Positions 12,890 through 24,736 of a DNA stretch of 64,000 bases are shown here, piece by piece. This DNA is from Octopus sinensis (lineage: Eukaryota): NCBI RefSeq assembly GCF_006345805.1, contig NC_043019.1, forward strand, positions 12,151,360-12,215,359, read 5' to 3'. Position 1 is the first letter of the stretch. Each line of letters starts with the position of its first letter. The position numbers were made by a program, and so were the translations under genes. The notes under the pieces were generated by a model that was not told where the DNA came from, did not search any database, and worked only from the letters and a program-made list of their open reading frames with translations.

Positions 12890-13746
12890 GGAATTTGGGA
12901 AGAGATTGTGTCATAAAAACCAGAACCCCTGCACCAGGACAATGCAGCAGTCCCCACAATTCCATCCTGATAACCAATAGAGATGAGTATCAAGATTGTC
13001 CCTCATCCTTCCTGTTTTAAACTAGGCAAAAATGTTACAGAAACTTATGAAATGGTCCCTTTTTCAACCGTAAGGGCATCATTTACAGCCACTGGGTTCC
13101 CTCTGGCAAAACAGTCAGCAAAGAGTACATTGTGGTGGTTTTAAGGGAATTTGGAAAGAGATTTTGTACAAAAACCAGAACACCTTCAGCAGGACAATGT
13201 AGCAGTCCCCACAATTCCACCCTGGTAACGAAAATTGTCCCTCACTCTCCCCACAATCTAGCCCTTGCTCCCTGTGACTTCTTTTTCCCAAGCTGAAGAA
13301 GATGAAGAAGGCTGTGTCAAGGGTCCTGAATGCCTATTTCTTTACTACCCACAAGGGTCTAAACACAGAGAGGACAAACAAGGACAGACACACGGATTAA
13401 GTCGATTATATCGACCCCAGTGCGTAACTGGTACTTATTTAATCGATCCCGAAAGGATGAAAGGCAAAGTCGATCTCGGCTGAATTTGAACTCAGAATGT
13501 AACGGCAGACGAAATACCGGTAAGCATTTCGCCCGGCGTGCTAACGGTTCTGCCAGCTCACCGCCCTAAGGGTCCTGAATACCTTCATTTTAGAGGATTG
13601 TCATGGGGACTTCATGAAGTTACTGGAATGCTACGAATGTATTGAAGTCGGAGGATCGTACATGGAAAGAAATTAGTTCTATACTTCTTTGAAATTAATA
13701 AACGTCTCTCCTGAAAAAGTCTCAAAACTTCTGGAATGCACCTAGT
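12890..13746 (+). mobile_element. Fragmented mariner 3' half
   Basis: HQDNA-like motifs, LAPCDFF..PKLK near 13260, CIEVGGSY near 13640; split by SINE B. Confidence 0.65.
13332..13567 (-). mobile_element. SINE family B copy inserted in a mariner fossil, 13-bp TSD
   Basis: TSD AAGGGTCCTGAAT at 13319-13331 and 13568-13580. Confidence 0.88.
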
Positions 13747-13908
13747 ATATTCTCATAGTTGTCGGTCTTTCTGTGTCTATCTATTTGTCTTTCTTTCTAT
13801 CTACCTTTCTTTCTTTCTCTCTCTTTTATTTCTTTGTCTATCTTTCTTCCTTTCTCTCTTTTTTTGTTTACTTGCATGTAGGTACGTGGGAGGTAAGTTG
13901 TTGCTATA

Positions 13909-14008
13909 NNNNNNNNNNNNNNNNNNNNNNNNNNNNNNNNNNNNNNNNNNNNNNNNNNNNNNNNNNNNNNNNNNNNNNNNNNNNNNNNNNNNNNNNNNNN
14001 NNNNNNNN
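13909..14008. other. Assembly gap (100 N)
   Basis: Exactly 100 N, the usual placeholder for a gap of unknown size. Confidence 0.99.
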
Positions 14009-14039
14009 CTTTCGTTTTTTTTTCTTTTCTTTTCTTCTT

Positions 14040-14088
14040 AAAAACACAGATTTCGCCATCTTGTTTCTTTCGTTCGACGATTAATAGC

Positions 14089-14122
<34 letters not shown>

Positions 14123-14644
14123 GGGGAAGATATAAGAAAGAAGCCGGCCAATAGAGAAATATCATTTCCTCTTGACATGGTTCAAAAATGTTGTAACAGT
14201 GACAAAAATAACACAACAAAACTGCAAAAACAATAAAATAAATATATAAATAAACAATATATGTGTGTGTGTGTGTGTTTGTTTGTGTGTGTATGTGCAT
14301 ATATATATATATTATTAACCGACCGCTATGCTATTTTTCGTACACCTCAAGTGTTTGTTTGATCATGAAATTAATATTACTGTTTTATTTGAAAACAACC
14401 CCCCACCAAAAAAACATAGAATGAAGGCAAGCCGCACAGACAGACAGACAGAAGACATCATTTTTTTTTCTCTCTGAGGCTTTATTCTATCCATATTTGT
14501 CGGTTGTACAAAACGTTTTGAATGGTGCCTCAACTTCTTTTTCCCCCCTTCTTGATAATTTATTTTTTCCCTTCAAACACAATTTGCGAGATCTCTTTAT
14601 CGAAAATGGGTGACGGTGGGGGAGCAATAGAGGAGAGAATTAAT

Positions 14645-14683
<39 letters not shown>

Positions 14684-15100
14684 CGGAAGAGGTGGAGAAA
14701 ACGAAAGAGAAAACGAAATAGAGAAAGGAGGAAATGGAAGAAAAGAAAATGGAGTGTGAGAGGGACAGAGAGAAATCAGTGTTTTTGTTTCTCTTAAATG
14801 AGAATCGGAACTATTTTATTCAGACATCAGTTGATGTCCAATTTCCTTTCACCAAATTCTAATTGACGAAAAGCCGTTGAGGACTTTAACGTCGGTCAGT
14901 TTAAGAATGGCGGAAACAACTTAACAAACGAAATCAACCAACAAACAAATTGCATAAAAGCAGACGATCGAAATAAAATCTCTTCTGCCTTCTAGATTTT
15001 TCTGCAAAAGACGTTTGCTCTCCAACAAGTTTTATCATTGCATCTGTTTACACGTTCTTCTACCGGAAATGAATCGTTTCTCACCTTTTCTATTCAAAGA
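14040..15100. promoter_or_regulatory. Candidate promoter-like island
   Basis: Unique, visibly CpG-richer sequence with CAAGATGGCG (-, 14054-14063), GGCCAATAG (CCAAT at 14148-14152), (GA)n, AGAATGGCGG (+, 14904-14913) and ACCGGAAAT (15062-15070). Confidence 0.35.
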
Positions 15101-15396
15101 GGCAGCAGGAATATCTTAAACAATCATCTTTCATTTCTTCTACTTTCCGTCTTTTTCTTCTTCTTTACCTTCTGTCTCCTTCATTATTATTATTATCCTT
15201 TTTCTTCCTTCCCTTTTCCTTTTTTTTTTGCCTTCTTCGTAATCATTATTCTTTTTCTTCCTTTTCGTCTTCTTGTTATATTTTCTTCTTTATTTTTATT
15301 ATTATCACCATTTTCCTTTATTATTTATCATTATCGTCACCATTATTATTATTATTATTATATATTATTATCATTGTTACTATTATTATTATTATA

Positions 15397-15428
<32 letters not shown>

Positions 15429-15445
15429 CATTGTTACTATTATTA

Positions 15446-16060
15446 AGGCAGCGAATTAGCAGAAACGTTAGCACGCCGGGCGAAATGCTAAACCGTTTTT
15501 CGTCTGCCGTTACGTTCTGAGTTCAAATTCCGCCGAGGTCGACTTTGCCTTTCATCCTTTCGGGGTCGATTAAATAAGTACCAGTCACGCACTGGGGTCG
15601 ATATAATCGACTTAATCCGTTTGTCTTCTCTGTGTTTAGTTCCTTGTGGGTAGTAAAGAAATAGGTATTTCGCCCGTCGCTACGTTCTGAGTTCAAATTC
15701 CGCCGAGGTCGACTTTACCTTTCATCCTTTTTGGGGTCAATAAATTAAGTACCAGTGAAACACCGAAGTCGATGTCATCGGCTAGTCACTTCCCCAAAAA
15801 ATTTCAGGCCTTGTGCCTTTAGTAGATAGGATTATTATTATTATTTAATTCTTTATTGCCCACAAAGGGCTAAACATAGAGTAAAGAAATAGGTATTTCG
15901 TCTGCCGCTACGTTCTGAGTTCAAATTCCGCCGAGATTGACTTTGCCATTCATCCCTTTCGGGGTCGATAAAACAGGTACCAGTTCAGCACTGGAATCGA
16001 TGTAATCGATTTATTGCCTCTACCAAACTTGCGAGCCTTATGCCAAAATTTGAAACCAAT
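15446..16060 (+). mobile_element. Tandem cluster of SINE family B copies and fragments
   Basis: Three successive GTTCTGAGTTCAAATTCCGCCGAG units; other B copies near 1-177, 22663-23068, 27520-27690, 48330-48720, 56062-56295, 59930-60100, 63488-63695. Confidence 0.8.
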
Positions 16061-16310
16061 ATTTTAAGGCGGAGAAAGAGAGCAGAATTGCTAGCGCATT
16101 GGACATAAATGCTTAGCAGCATTTCTTTAGGTTCTGAGTTCGAACTCCGCCGAGGTCAGTTTTACCTCTTACTTTTTGACTTCTTTCAGTCATTTGACTG
16201 CAGCCATACTGGAGCACCGCCTTTAGTCGAGCAAATCGACCCCCAGGACTTATTCTTTGTAAGCCTAGTACTTATTCTATCGGCATCTTGTGCCGAACCG
16301 CTAAGTTACG

Positions 16311-16357
<47 letters not shown>

Positions 16358-17082
16358 TTGTGCATGTGTGTCCGTCTTTGTCCCCCCAGCATCGCTTGAC
16401 AACCGATGCTGGTGTGTTTATGTCCCCGTAACTTAGCGGTTCGGCAAAAGAGACCGACAGAATAAGTACTAGGCTTACAAAGAATAAGTCCTGGGGTCGA
16501 TTTGCTCGACTAAAGGCGGTGCTCCAGCATGGCCACAGTCAAATGACTGAAACAAGTAAAAGAGTAAATCTTCAGACAATTCTTTTCCTTTTAGTAGCTT
16601 TTTAATCACATGGAAGAAGATTTTCACCACGGAACACAAATCAGAATTCCTGCAGATGCAATAACAATGGCCGGTGCAAAAATGCCAGCAGAAATAATTC
16701 ATTAGAATTGAAATTATCAGCAATATCTGAATTTAGTAAAAAGAAAAAAAAATTTTTAAGTGGATAAAATATTGAATATAGCAAATAATCCTTTAGGGTG
16801 TACATATTTTTGTAACGTTTGAAAATTAATATTTCGTTCATATCTTTGAAAGTGTTGATTGTTTTGTGTTCCAAATTTGTATAACGTTTGTATGTATAAT
16901 ATATTTTATTCAGTAAAAAATTTTCTTTGCTTTCCTTCAATATATAGAAGTAATGGCAATTTTACTGAAATCTTTTTAGGGGTGTACACACTTCTGTGAA
17001 ATACTGTAAAAATGAAATTTTGAATTTAGTTCACGGATCCCCAGTACTACCTTTGCGGACCACCAGGCGTCCGTGGACCCTA

Positions 17083-17497
17083 GGATCTTTTCGGTTTGAA
17101 CGGCAGTTTTTTCTAGCGGTGTCATATGAAATTATCACCCATAATTATGACCCTAGTATCGATCTATTGCATTTCAATCTGTTTTAGGGTTAGGGGTGGG
17201 GGGAAGGGTATCTTTTTTTCTTCACAAATGTAAATAAACCCAATCTGTTTCTTAAACGAGGGACATATTCATACGGCACAGCATGTTTTCACCTCAATAG
17301 ACGGTCATTGATTGGTTGAAATTTCAGAAATTGAAGAAAAAAAAACAACAAATATCTTAGAAACTATAGAGTTTTCTCAATAAAGCCAAGAGAAAATGAT
17401 GTTTTTTTAAACACATTCTACCAGTATACGAAGTTTAAAAGTGTTTAGTTACGTGGAAATTATTATTAAAAAACTGCCGTTCAAACCGAAAAGATCC
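17083..17497. mobile_element. 415-bp MITE, 30-bp perfect TIR starting GG, 8-bp TSD (Merlin-like)
   Basis: TIR GGATCTTTTCGGTTTGAACGGCAGTTTTTT; TSD GGACCCTA at 17075-17082 and 17498-17505. Confidence 0.85.
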
Positions 17498-17949
17498 GGA
17501 CCCTAGGCTGAGGACCACTGCACTAAACCCTTCGAGGCAGTGTCCCAGCATAGCCGCAGTCCAAATACGGAAACACATTATAGATATCTTCTACACAGCC
17601 TCCCATTTTCTTTCTTACCCTCGCATATATCACTCTTTCACACGTGTTCTTTTCTTGTATTTCATTCACCATAACACTATTCTTCCTCTTTTCTGTCTTA
17701 TTCAGTCTTTTTTTTCTCCCTTTATCTCCTTTTCTTTCCATTTTCTTCCTCGCCCCTTCCCTCTCAACATTTTTTTTTTCTTTTGTCCCTTTCATCCTTC
17801 CATATATTTCTATACGTTAACACGCAACCACCACCATTACTACCAATATACCGCCTGATATCACATTACTCAATAACACGATATCATTTGCACTCCAACA
17901 TCATTAGATAAGCACTTAGACGTTATCTGTACATGTGCGTATGGGCACA

Positions 17950-18006
17950 TGTACACATGCGTGTGTATGCGCATATATATACATACATATATACATACAT
18001 ATATAT

Positions 18007-18085
<79 letters not shown>

Positions 18086-18760
18086 ATGTATGTGTCTTGT
18101 ACTCTGTTTTTTTCGTTGCTTGAAAAAAGTTCGTTTCCATGTTATTGTTTTTATGTTTTCGTTCCTCATTGTGTTCGACGTTTTTTTTTCTGTCCTGTAC
18201 CCATATATGCGTGTATATATACATATAGATGTAGGTATGTACATATATGTATGTATATATGCATATATTTATATACTATTTATATTATATTATATATATA
18301 TATATACGCATAATACTTATACATAAATACTTGCACTCACACATACACACACATATATATACACACATACATACACACACACACACACTATACATATATA
18401 TGCAATATATATATATATACACATACATACATACACACACACACTATACATATATATGCAATATATATATACACATACATACATACACACATACACTACA
18501 TATATATGCAATATATATACACACATACATACATACATACACACACTATACATATATATATATATATATAATATACATACACACACACTATACATATATA
18601 TGCAATATATATATAATATATATATATATATACATACACACACACTATACATATATATGCAATATATATATATACACATACATACATACACACACTATAC
18701 ATATATATATATACATATATGCATACATTCATATATATATCTGTGTACACACATACACAA
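17950..18760. repeat. (TA)n/(TACA)n/(CA)n compound tract with higher-order ATGCAATAT units
   Basis: Visible. Confidence 0.95.
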
Positions 18761-19270
18761 CTAAATTTTTACATTATTTTTCACCTCCCCTTCCCTCTAT
18801 TTCTTTTCCCTCTCTATCTACTTTTTCGTCCTCTTCTACTTCAGACCCCCCCTCCCACCTCATTCTGTTTCCCCTTCCTCACACCTCTACTACCACGTTT
18901 CTCCTACTCTTTCACACACCCTCACCTTTCCCCTGACTCGCCATAACTCCTCCCTTCATTTTCTTTACTTCTCACTCCTCTCCTCCCACTTTACCCTCCT
19001 CGTCCTCCTACTTCTTCACATCGATTGTCCCTTCGTTTCCTCAGCTGTTCACCATCCCTTCTCTCCTCCTCGTTCTGTTTCCTCTGCCACCGAAATTTAA
19101 TATGTTCAGACCATAGAGAGAGAGAGAGAGAGACTCTTAATACAGTCACACGACCTGCTAGAAATAGAAACCAAATCTCCCAAAAATCACATCCTTTGCC
19201 TTTAGTTCTAGTCGTTGGACACTATTACATTATTTAATATATTATATTATATATTAGATATTTATTATAT

Positions 19271-19547
19271 GTGGAGGCACATGGCCTAGTGGTGAGAGCA
19301 GCGGACTCGCGGTCGCGGGTTCGAATCTCAGACCGGGTGCTGTGTATGTTTATGAGCGAAACACCTAAGCTCCACGTGGCTCCGGTAATGGCGAACTTCT
19401 GCTGACTTTCACCACAACTTTCTCTCACTCTTTCCTGCTGTATCTTGCAGCTCACCTGCGACGGACCGGCGTCCCGTCCAGGTGGGGAACCTATACGCCA
19501 AGGAAACCGGCCCTTATGAGCCAGGCATGGCTCGAGAAGGAACAAAC
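19271..19547 (+). mobile_element. tRNA-headed SINE family C (head A + tail X), 11-bp TSD
   Basis: A box TGGCCTAGTGG, B box GGTTCGAATC; TSD ATTTATTATAT at 19260-19270 and 19548-19558. Confidence 0.8.
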
Positions 19548-19689
19548 ATTTATTATATAAACACACGACAGGATTCCACATAGTTTCTGCCTACCAAATT
19601 CACTCACAAAGGCATTGGTCGTCCAGGGCTTGCCCAAGGTGTCACGTAATGGAACTGAAATCGAAACCACAAGGTTGCAAAACTTAACT

Positions 19690-20647
19690 GAACAAACGTC
19701 TGATTTCAGAGATACTGTGACTAAAAGTGCACTCCGACCAGTAAAAACCAACATTTTATGCTGCATGATCCTTGCTGAATGTGGTCTTGCATTATCATGA
19801 AGAAGCATAACGTTTCTCTTATTGACGAGTGCAGGGCATTGTCTTAAAAGATTTTCATGCACAGGTTGCAGCCGTTGAGAGTACAAGTCAGCATTGAGTG
19901 TTGATTGCAGTTTAAAAACTCAAAAGTGATAATACTGCAGGGAACCCACCATACACACAACATAAACTTCCTTTCATGGAGCTCAGCCTATGAGGTAGAT
20001 CATAGAGATTTATCCTTGTCAATCCACTGCTTTTTTGCATTGAGCATCGTCCTAAAAGACCCATTTTTCATCACTTGTAATGATATTGAGAAACGGGTCA
20101 TTTCTCTTCCTTGAAAGAAGACTTGTCACTATGGACATGTGATCTTCCCTATTTTTATCACTAAGAGTACGGGGAACCCAAACACCCAGGTTGCTGGCTT
20201 TTCCTACCTTTTCTATGTGGTGCAGATGGTGGATTGGAATGTGTTGAGGTTAATTGCTAATTCTCTTAAAGCATCTTGATCAAAGTCTGATGAGTATCCT
20301 GGTCAGAGTTGATCGGTCAGTGACAAATCTCTGGAACAAAACTTTGAAATCTAATTATACACTAGCTGGTCAGTAACAACACCTTGGCCATAAACACTGC
20401 ATATTTTCTTAGCTGTTTTTATGACATTTTTTTCCATTCTTAAACTCCCACAACATCACATGTCAAATATGCACTTTCAGTTCATCCCTTTTAGTGGAGC
20501 GAAATTTAATATTAAACTTTGATGTGCACACTTTCACTGCCTAAATATGAATGACAGACAAGGCTCTTTTAAAAACGGTAGTTTCCATTCCAATTTTAAA
20601 CATCTAAAGTTCAAAATGTGTCATTACAATTTACTTCCACTCTAATC
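19690..20647 (-). mobile_element. Decayed mariner transposon
   Basis: Minus-strand DPFLNIITSDEKWVF and LLHDNARPHSAR motifs. Confidence 0.8.
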
Positions 20648-20957
20648 TTTCAGCATGTGACACAAAATCACATCCTCCAATGCCTCTTCCACACAGTGGA
20701 CTGGATGCTTGTAGTGCACCTGAGCACTGTACACAATTATTATTATTATTATTATTAGTAAAGTGGTTGGCATTTGGAAGAGCATCTAGTCATAAAAACC
20801 ATGCTAAAACCGACCTCGCCTGTGCTGGTGCCACATAAAGCACTCAGTCCACTCTGTTGGGTGGTTGATGTTAGGAAGAACATCCAACCATAAAAACTGT
20901 GCCAAAACAGACACAGAAGTCTGGTGCAGTCTTCTACCAGGCCAGCTCCCGTCAAAC

Positions 20958-21191
20958 CTATTTCTTTACTACCCACAAGGGGCTAAACACAGAGAGGACA
21001 AACAAGGACAGACAAACGGATTAAGTCAATTACATCGACCCTAGTGCGTAACTGGTACTTAATTTATCGACCCCGAAAGGATGAAAGGCAAAGTCGACCT
21101 CAGCGGAATTTGAACTCACAACGTAACGGCAGACGAAAAACTGCTACGCATTTCGCCCAGCGTGCTGATGTTTCTGCTGGCTCGCTGCCCT
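20958..21191 (-). mobile_element. SINE family B copy inside an RTE-type tail
   Basis: GTCAAAC duplicated at 20951-20957 and 21192-21198. Confidence 0.85.
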
Positions 21192-21251
21192 GTCAAACTA
21201 TCCAACCCATGACCGCATGGAAGGCGGATGTTAAACGATGATGAAACAGTA

Positions 21252-21486
21252 AAGGCAACGAACTAGTAGAAACGTTAGCACGCCGGGCGAAATTGTTTAG
21301 CGATATTTCGTCTGCCGTTACGTTCTGAGTTCAAATTCCGCCGAGGTCGACTTTGCCTTTCATCCTTTCGGGGTCGATAAATTAAGAACCAGTTACGCAC
21401 TGGGGTCGATACAATCGACTTAATCCGTTTGTCTGTCCTTGTTTGTCCCTTCTGTGTTTAGCCCCTTGTGAGCAGTAAAGAAATAG
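21252..21486 (+). mobile_element. SINE family B copy, 11-bp TSD
   Basis: TSD ATGAAACAGTA at 21241-21251 and 21487-21497. Confidence 0.88.
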
Positions 21487-21637
21487 ATGAAACAGTATGA
21501 ATCAGAAATCTCAGAAAAATCTTAAAAATACATATACAACAAACGCAAAACAGAAGTAGTGGATGAGAAGTCATGAAAGATTTAATGGAGTTTAGAGAAT
21601 ATTATATATATAAATATATATATATATATATAATAGA

Positions 21638-21643
21638 TTTAAT
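21638..21643 (-). terminator. Candidate PRKCSH polyadenylation signal (ATTAAA)
   Basis: ATTAAA about 110 nt after the stop in a U-rich 3' region; the real 3' end is unknown. Confidence 0.3.
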
Positions 21644-21752
21644 TTTAAATTACAAAGAAAAAAAAAAAGACCCTATCAAACAAAAAAAAAAATGAAAATC
21701 AAATAATGAAGAAGAGGGAAGAAATAGAAAGATATATTTTTGATAGTTTCTG

Positions 21753-21893
21753 TTATAATTCATCTCTGTTTGTGGTTGGCGAAGGTGTGGGTTTTGCGCA
21801 ACTTGCTGGAGTGACAAAACTGAAAGCATATTCACACCGACTTGGTTCCGAAGCCCCTCGGAGTTCGCTATCGATGCCGCAGTCAAAGTGGAC
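21753..21893 (-). CDS. PRKCSH: PRKCSH last coding exon, 141 nt including stop
   Basis: VHFDCGIDSELRGASEPSRCEYAFSFVTPASCAKPTPSPTTNRDEL*; acceptor ttttttccag. Confidence 0.95.
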   Translation of the reverse strand, partial: VHFDCGIDSELRGASEPSRCEYAFSFVTPASCAKPTPSPTTNRDEL

Positions 21894-23846
21894 CTGGAAA
21901 AAAAAAAAAAAATGAAGGTTAATTATTTTGTTATTGTTATTTATAAGGCGCAGGAGTGGCTGTGCGGTAAGTAGCTTGTTTACCAACCACATGGTTCCGG
22001 GTTCAGTCCCACTGCGTGGCACCTTGGGCGAGTGTCTTCTACTATAGCCTCAGGCCGACCAATGCCTTGTGAGTGGATTTGGTAGACGGAAACTGAAAGA
22101 AGCCTGTCGTATATATGTGTATATATATATATGCGTGTGTGTATATGTTTGTGTGTCTGTGTTTGTCCCCCTAGCATTGTTTGACAACCGATGCTGGTAC
22201 GTTTATGTCCCCGTTACTTAGCGGTTCGGCAAAAGAGACCGATAGAATAAGTACTGGGCTTACAAAAGAATAAGTCCTGGGGCTGATTTGCTCGACTAAA
22301 GGCGGTGCTCCAGCATGGCCGCAGTCAAATGAGTGAAACAAGTAAAAGAGAGTGAAAGAGTAAGTCTTTTACAACCCAGGGCTGACTAAAACCACCTTAC
22401 AAGTGGAGTTGGTAGACAGATACTGAAAGAAGATTGTCGTGTGTGTGTATTTTATTTGTTTCACTCATTTGATGATGATGTATTGGGGACTATTTTTATC
22501 TAACATTACAAAGGTTGTAATTTTAGGGGATTTGGTTGCTATTTCTAACAGGTTGATCAACAGCATAGGATGACCACTCATTAACTTTTTCTTACAGGTT
22601 TCAGTCACTAGATCAAGCCCATGCTGGGGCACCACCATTAATGATTAATAATCTATATATATTTCTTTACTACCCACAAGGGGATAAACATAGAGAGGAC
22701 AAACAAGGACAGACAAAGGGATTAAGTCGATTACATCGACCCCAGTGCGTAACTGGTATTTTATCAACTCCAAAAGGATGAAAGGCAAAGTCGACCTTGG
22801 TGGAATGTGAACTCAGAACGTAACGGCAGACGAAATACCTATTTCTTTACTACCCACAAGGGACTAAACACAGAACAAACAAGGACAAACAAATGGATTA
22901 AGTCGATTATATCGACCCCAGTGTGTAACAGGTACTTATTTAATCAACTCCGAAACGATGAATGGCAAAGTCGACCACGGTGGAATTTGAACTCAGAGTG
23001 TATTGGCAGACAAAATACCACTAAGCATTTCACCCGGCACGCTAACATTTCTGCCAGCTCGCCGCCTTATGATTAATTATCTACATAATGAAGTACCAGT
23101 AATATACGAAGATTAACGATTAATTTGACTAAAGACCCTATAAACCTTGCTCTTCATTTTACGGATAAAAAAAAAAAAAAAGCTAATTCACTGACTTTAT
23201 GTCAAGACAGAAAGATTTCAATTAGGAATGTGGTAATGGAGGGGGGAAGATGTTTAAAGAAATAAATAGGGGTGGAGATTAACTTGAAGAGGGTGAAAAG
23301 GCATTGTAAACAATGACTGGTATTGTTTGTGCTTAGATCTATAATATCAACTACGGGTCTCTATCCCTACTCCTCCTTCTCATTACCTCACCAACCTGAT
23401 CCAATCCAATTTGATCCACACAATTGACCTTATGTCTCAAAACAAAACTGCTAAAAAAAAAAAAAAATTCAAAAGTGAAAGTGAAAATTGACAGGAAAGA
23501 CATGTTTGATTGAAAGAAAAATATATTCCAAGAAATCTGAAAATGTAACACAATATCTTCTTGTCCAGGGGGTCTGTGCACTACTCGGTGCTGAGAATTA
23601 TTTTGTTGAATTAAAGAAGGGTCCCACAATTAGCAAATAGAAAAAGTGGCAGGAATATATTGGCAACTGTTTAGGGTTAAACTAAAACAGTACAGAGAGT
23701 GTGTGGTGGACCCCCTTTGCAGACTGCCCCCCCCCCTTCCCTGAACTTTATTATACAATACAACACATTCAATGATGGACCTGCCTGGGCTGGACTGCTT
23801 GTTTGTCTTATGTCAACAGTCTTAGTCACATAAACGTACACATACA

Positions 23847-23879
<33 letters not shown>

Positions 23880-24667
23880 GCAGATAAATATACACATTCT
23901 CGTGTAAACATACGAAACAGATATTCATAAAGATATATATACAAAAGAAAACAAATGCACTTGCTTGCTCTCTCTCGCTTCTCACTACACACACACAAAT
24001 TCATTTTCTCTTACGAAAGAATTTCAATAGTATAAGAAACCAAAGATCAAAAATACTTAGACACACAGACAGACACATTTATTACCATCATCATCACTAT
24101 TTTAACATCTTTTTCATGCTTACATTGGTCAGACAGTTTATTGCATTGGTCAGAAGTCAGAAGCATTGGCCATGTTCGGACGGTGCTTTTTACGTGCCAC
24201 CGGCACGGGTATCACAACTACAATTTCCATTTGATATTTATTTTGATGTGCTGATGTGTGTATTCTCTTTTTCTCTTTTTACTTGTTTCAGTCATTTTGA
24301 CTGTGGCCATGCTGGAGCACCGCCTTTAATCAAGCAACTCGATCCCGGGACTTATTCTTTTGTAAGCCCAGTACTTATTCTATCGGTCTCTTTTGCCGAA
24401 CCGCTAAGTGGCGGGGACATAAACACACCAGCATCGGTTGTCAAGCAATGCTAGGGGAACAAACACAGACACACAAACATACACACACATACATATATAT
24501 ACATATACGACAGGCTTCTTTCAGTTTCCATCTACCAAATCCACTCACAAGGCTTTGGTCGGCCCGAGGCTATAGTAGAAGACACTTACCCAAGGTGCCA
24601 TGCAGTGGGACTGAACCCGGAACCATGTGGTTGGTAAACAAGCTACTTACCACACAACCACTCCTGC

Positions 24668-24736
<69 letters not shown>

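Noticed and set aside
16570-16735. Exon-like unique segment (MEEDFHHGTQIRIP on +; strong acceptor on -)
   Set aside because: No recognisable protein in any frame and no matching donor; may be part of a TE remnant
19271-19345. Possible tRNA gene
   Set aside because: A and B boxes are present but there is no complete cloverleaf; it continues into a SINE body bounded by a TSD
21876-21887. 12-nt identity (GCCGCAGTCAAA) between the last PRKCSH exon and the SINE A tail
   Set aside because: Short enough to arise by chance; it encodes the conserved FDCG region and is in the same orientation as the adjacent SINE
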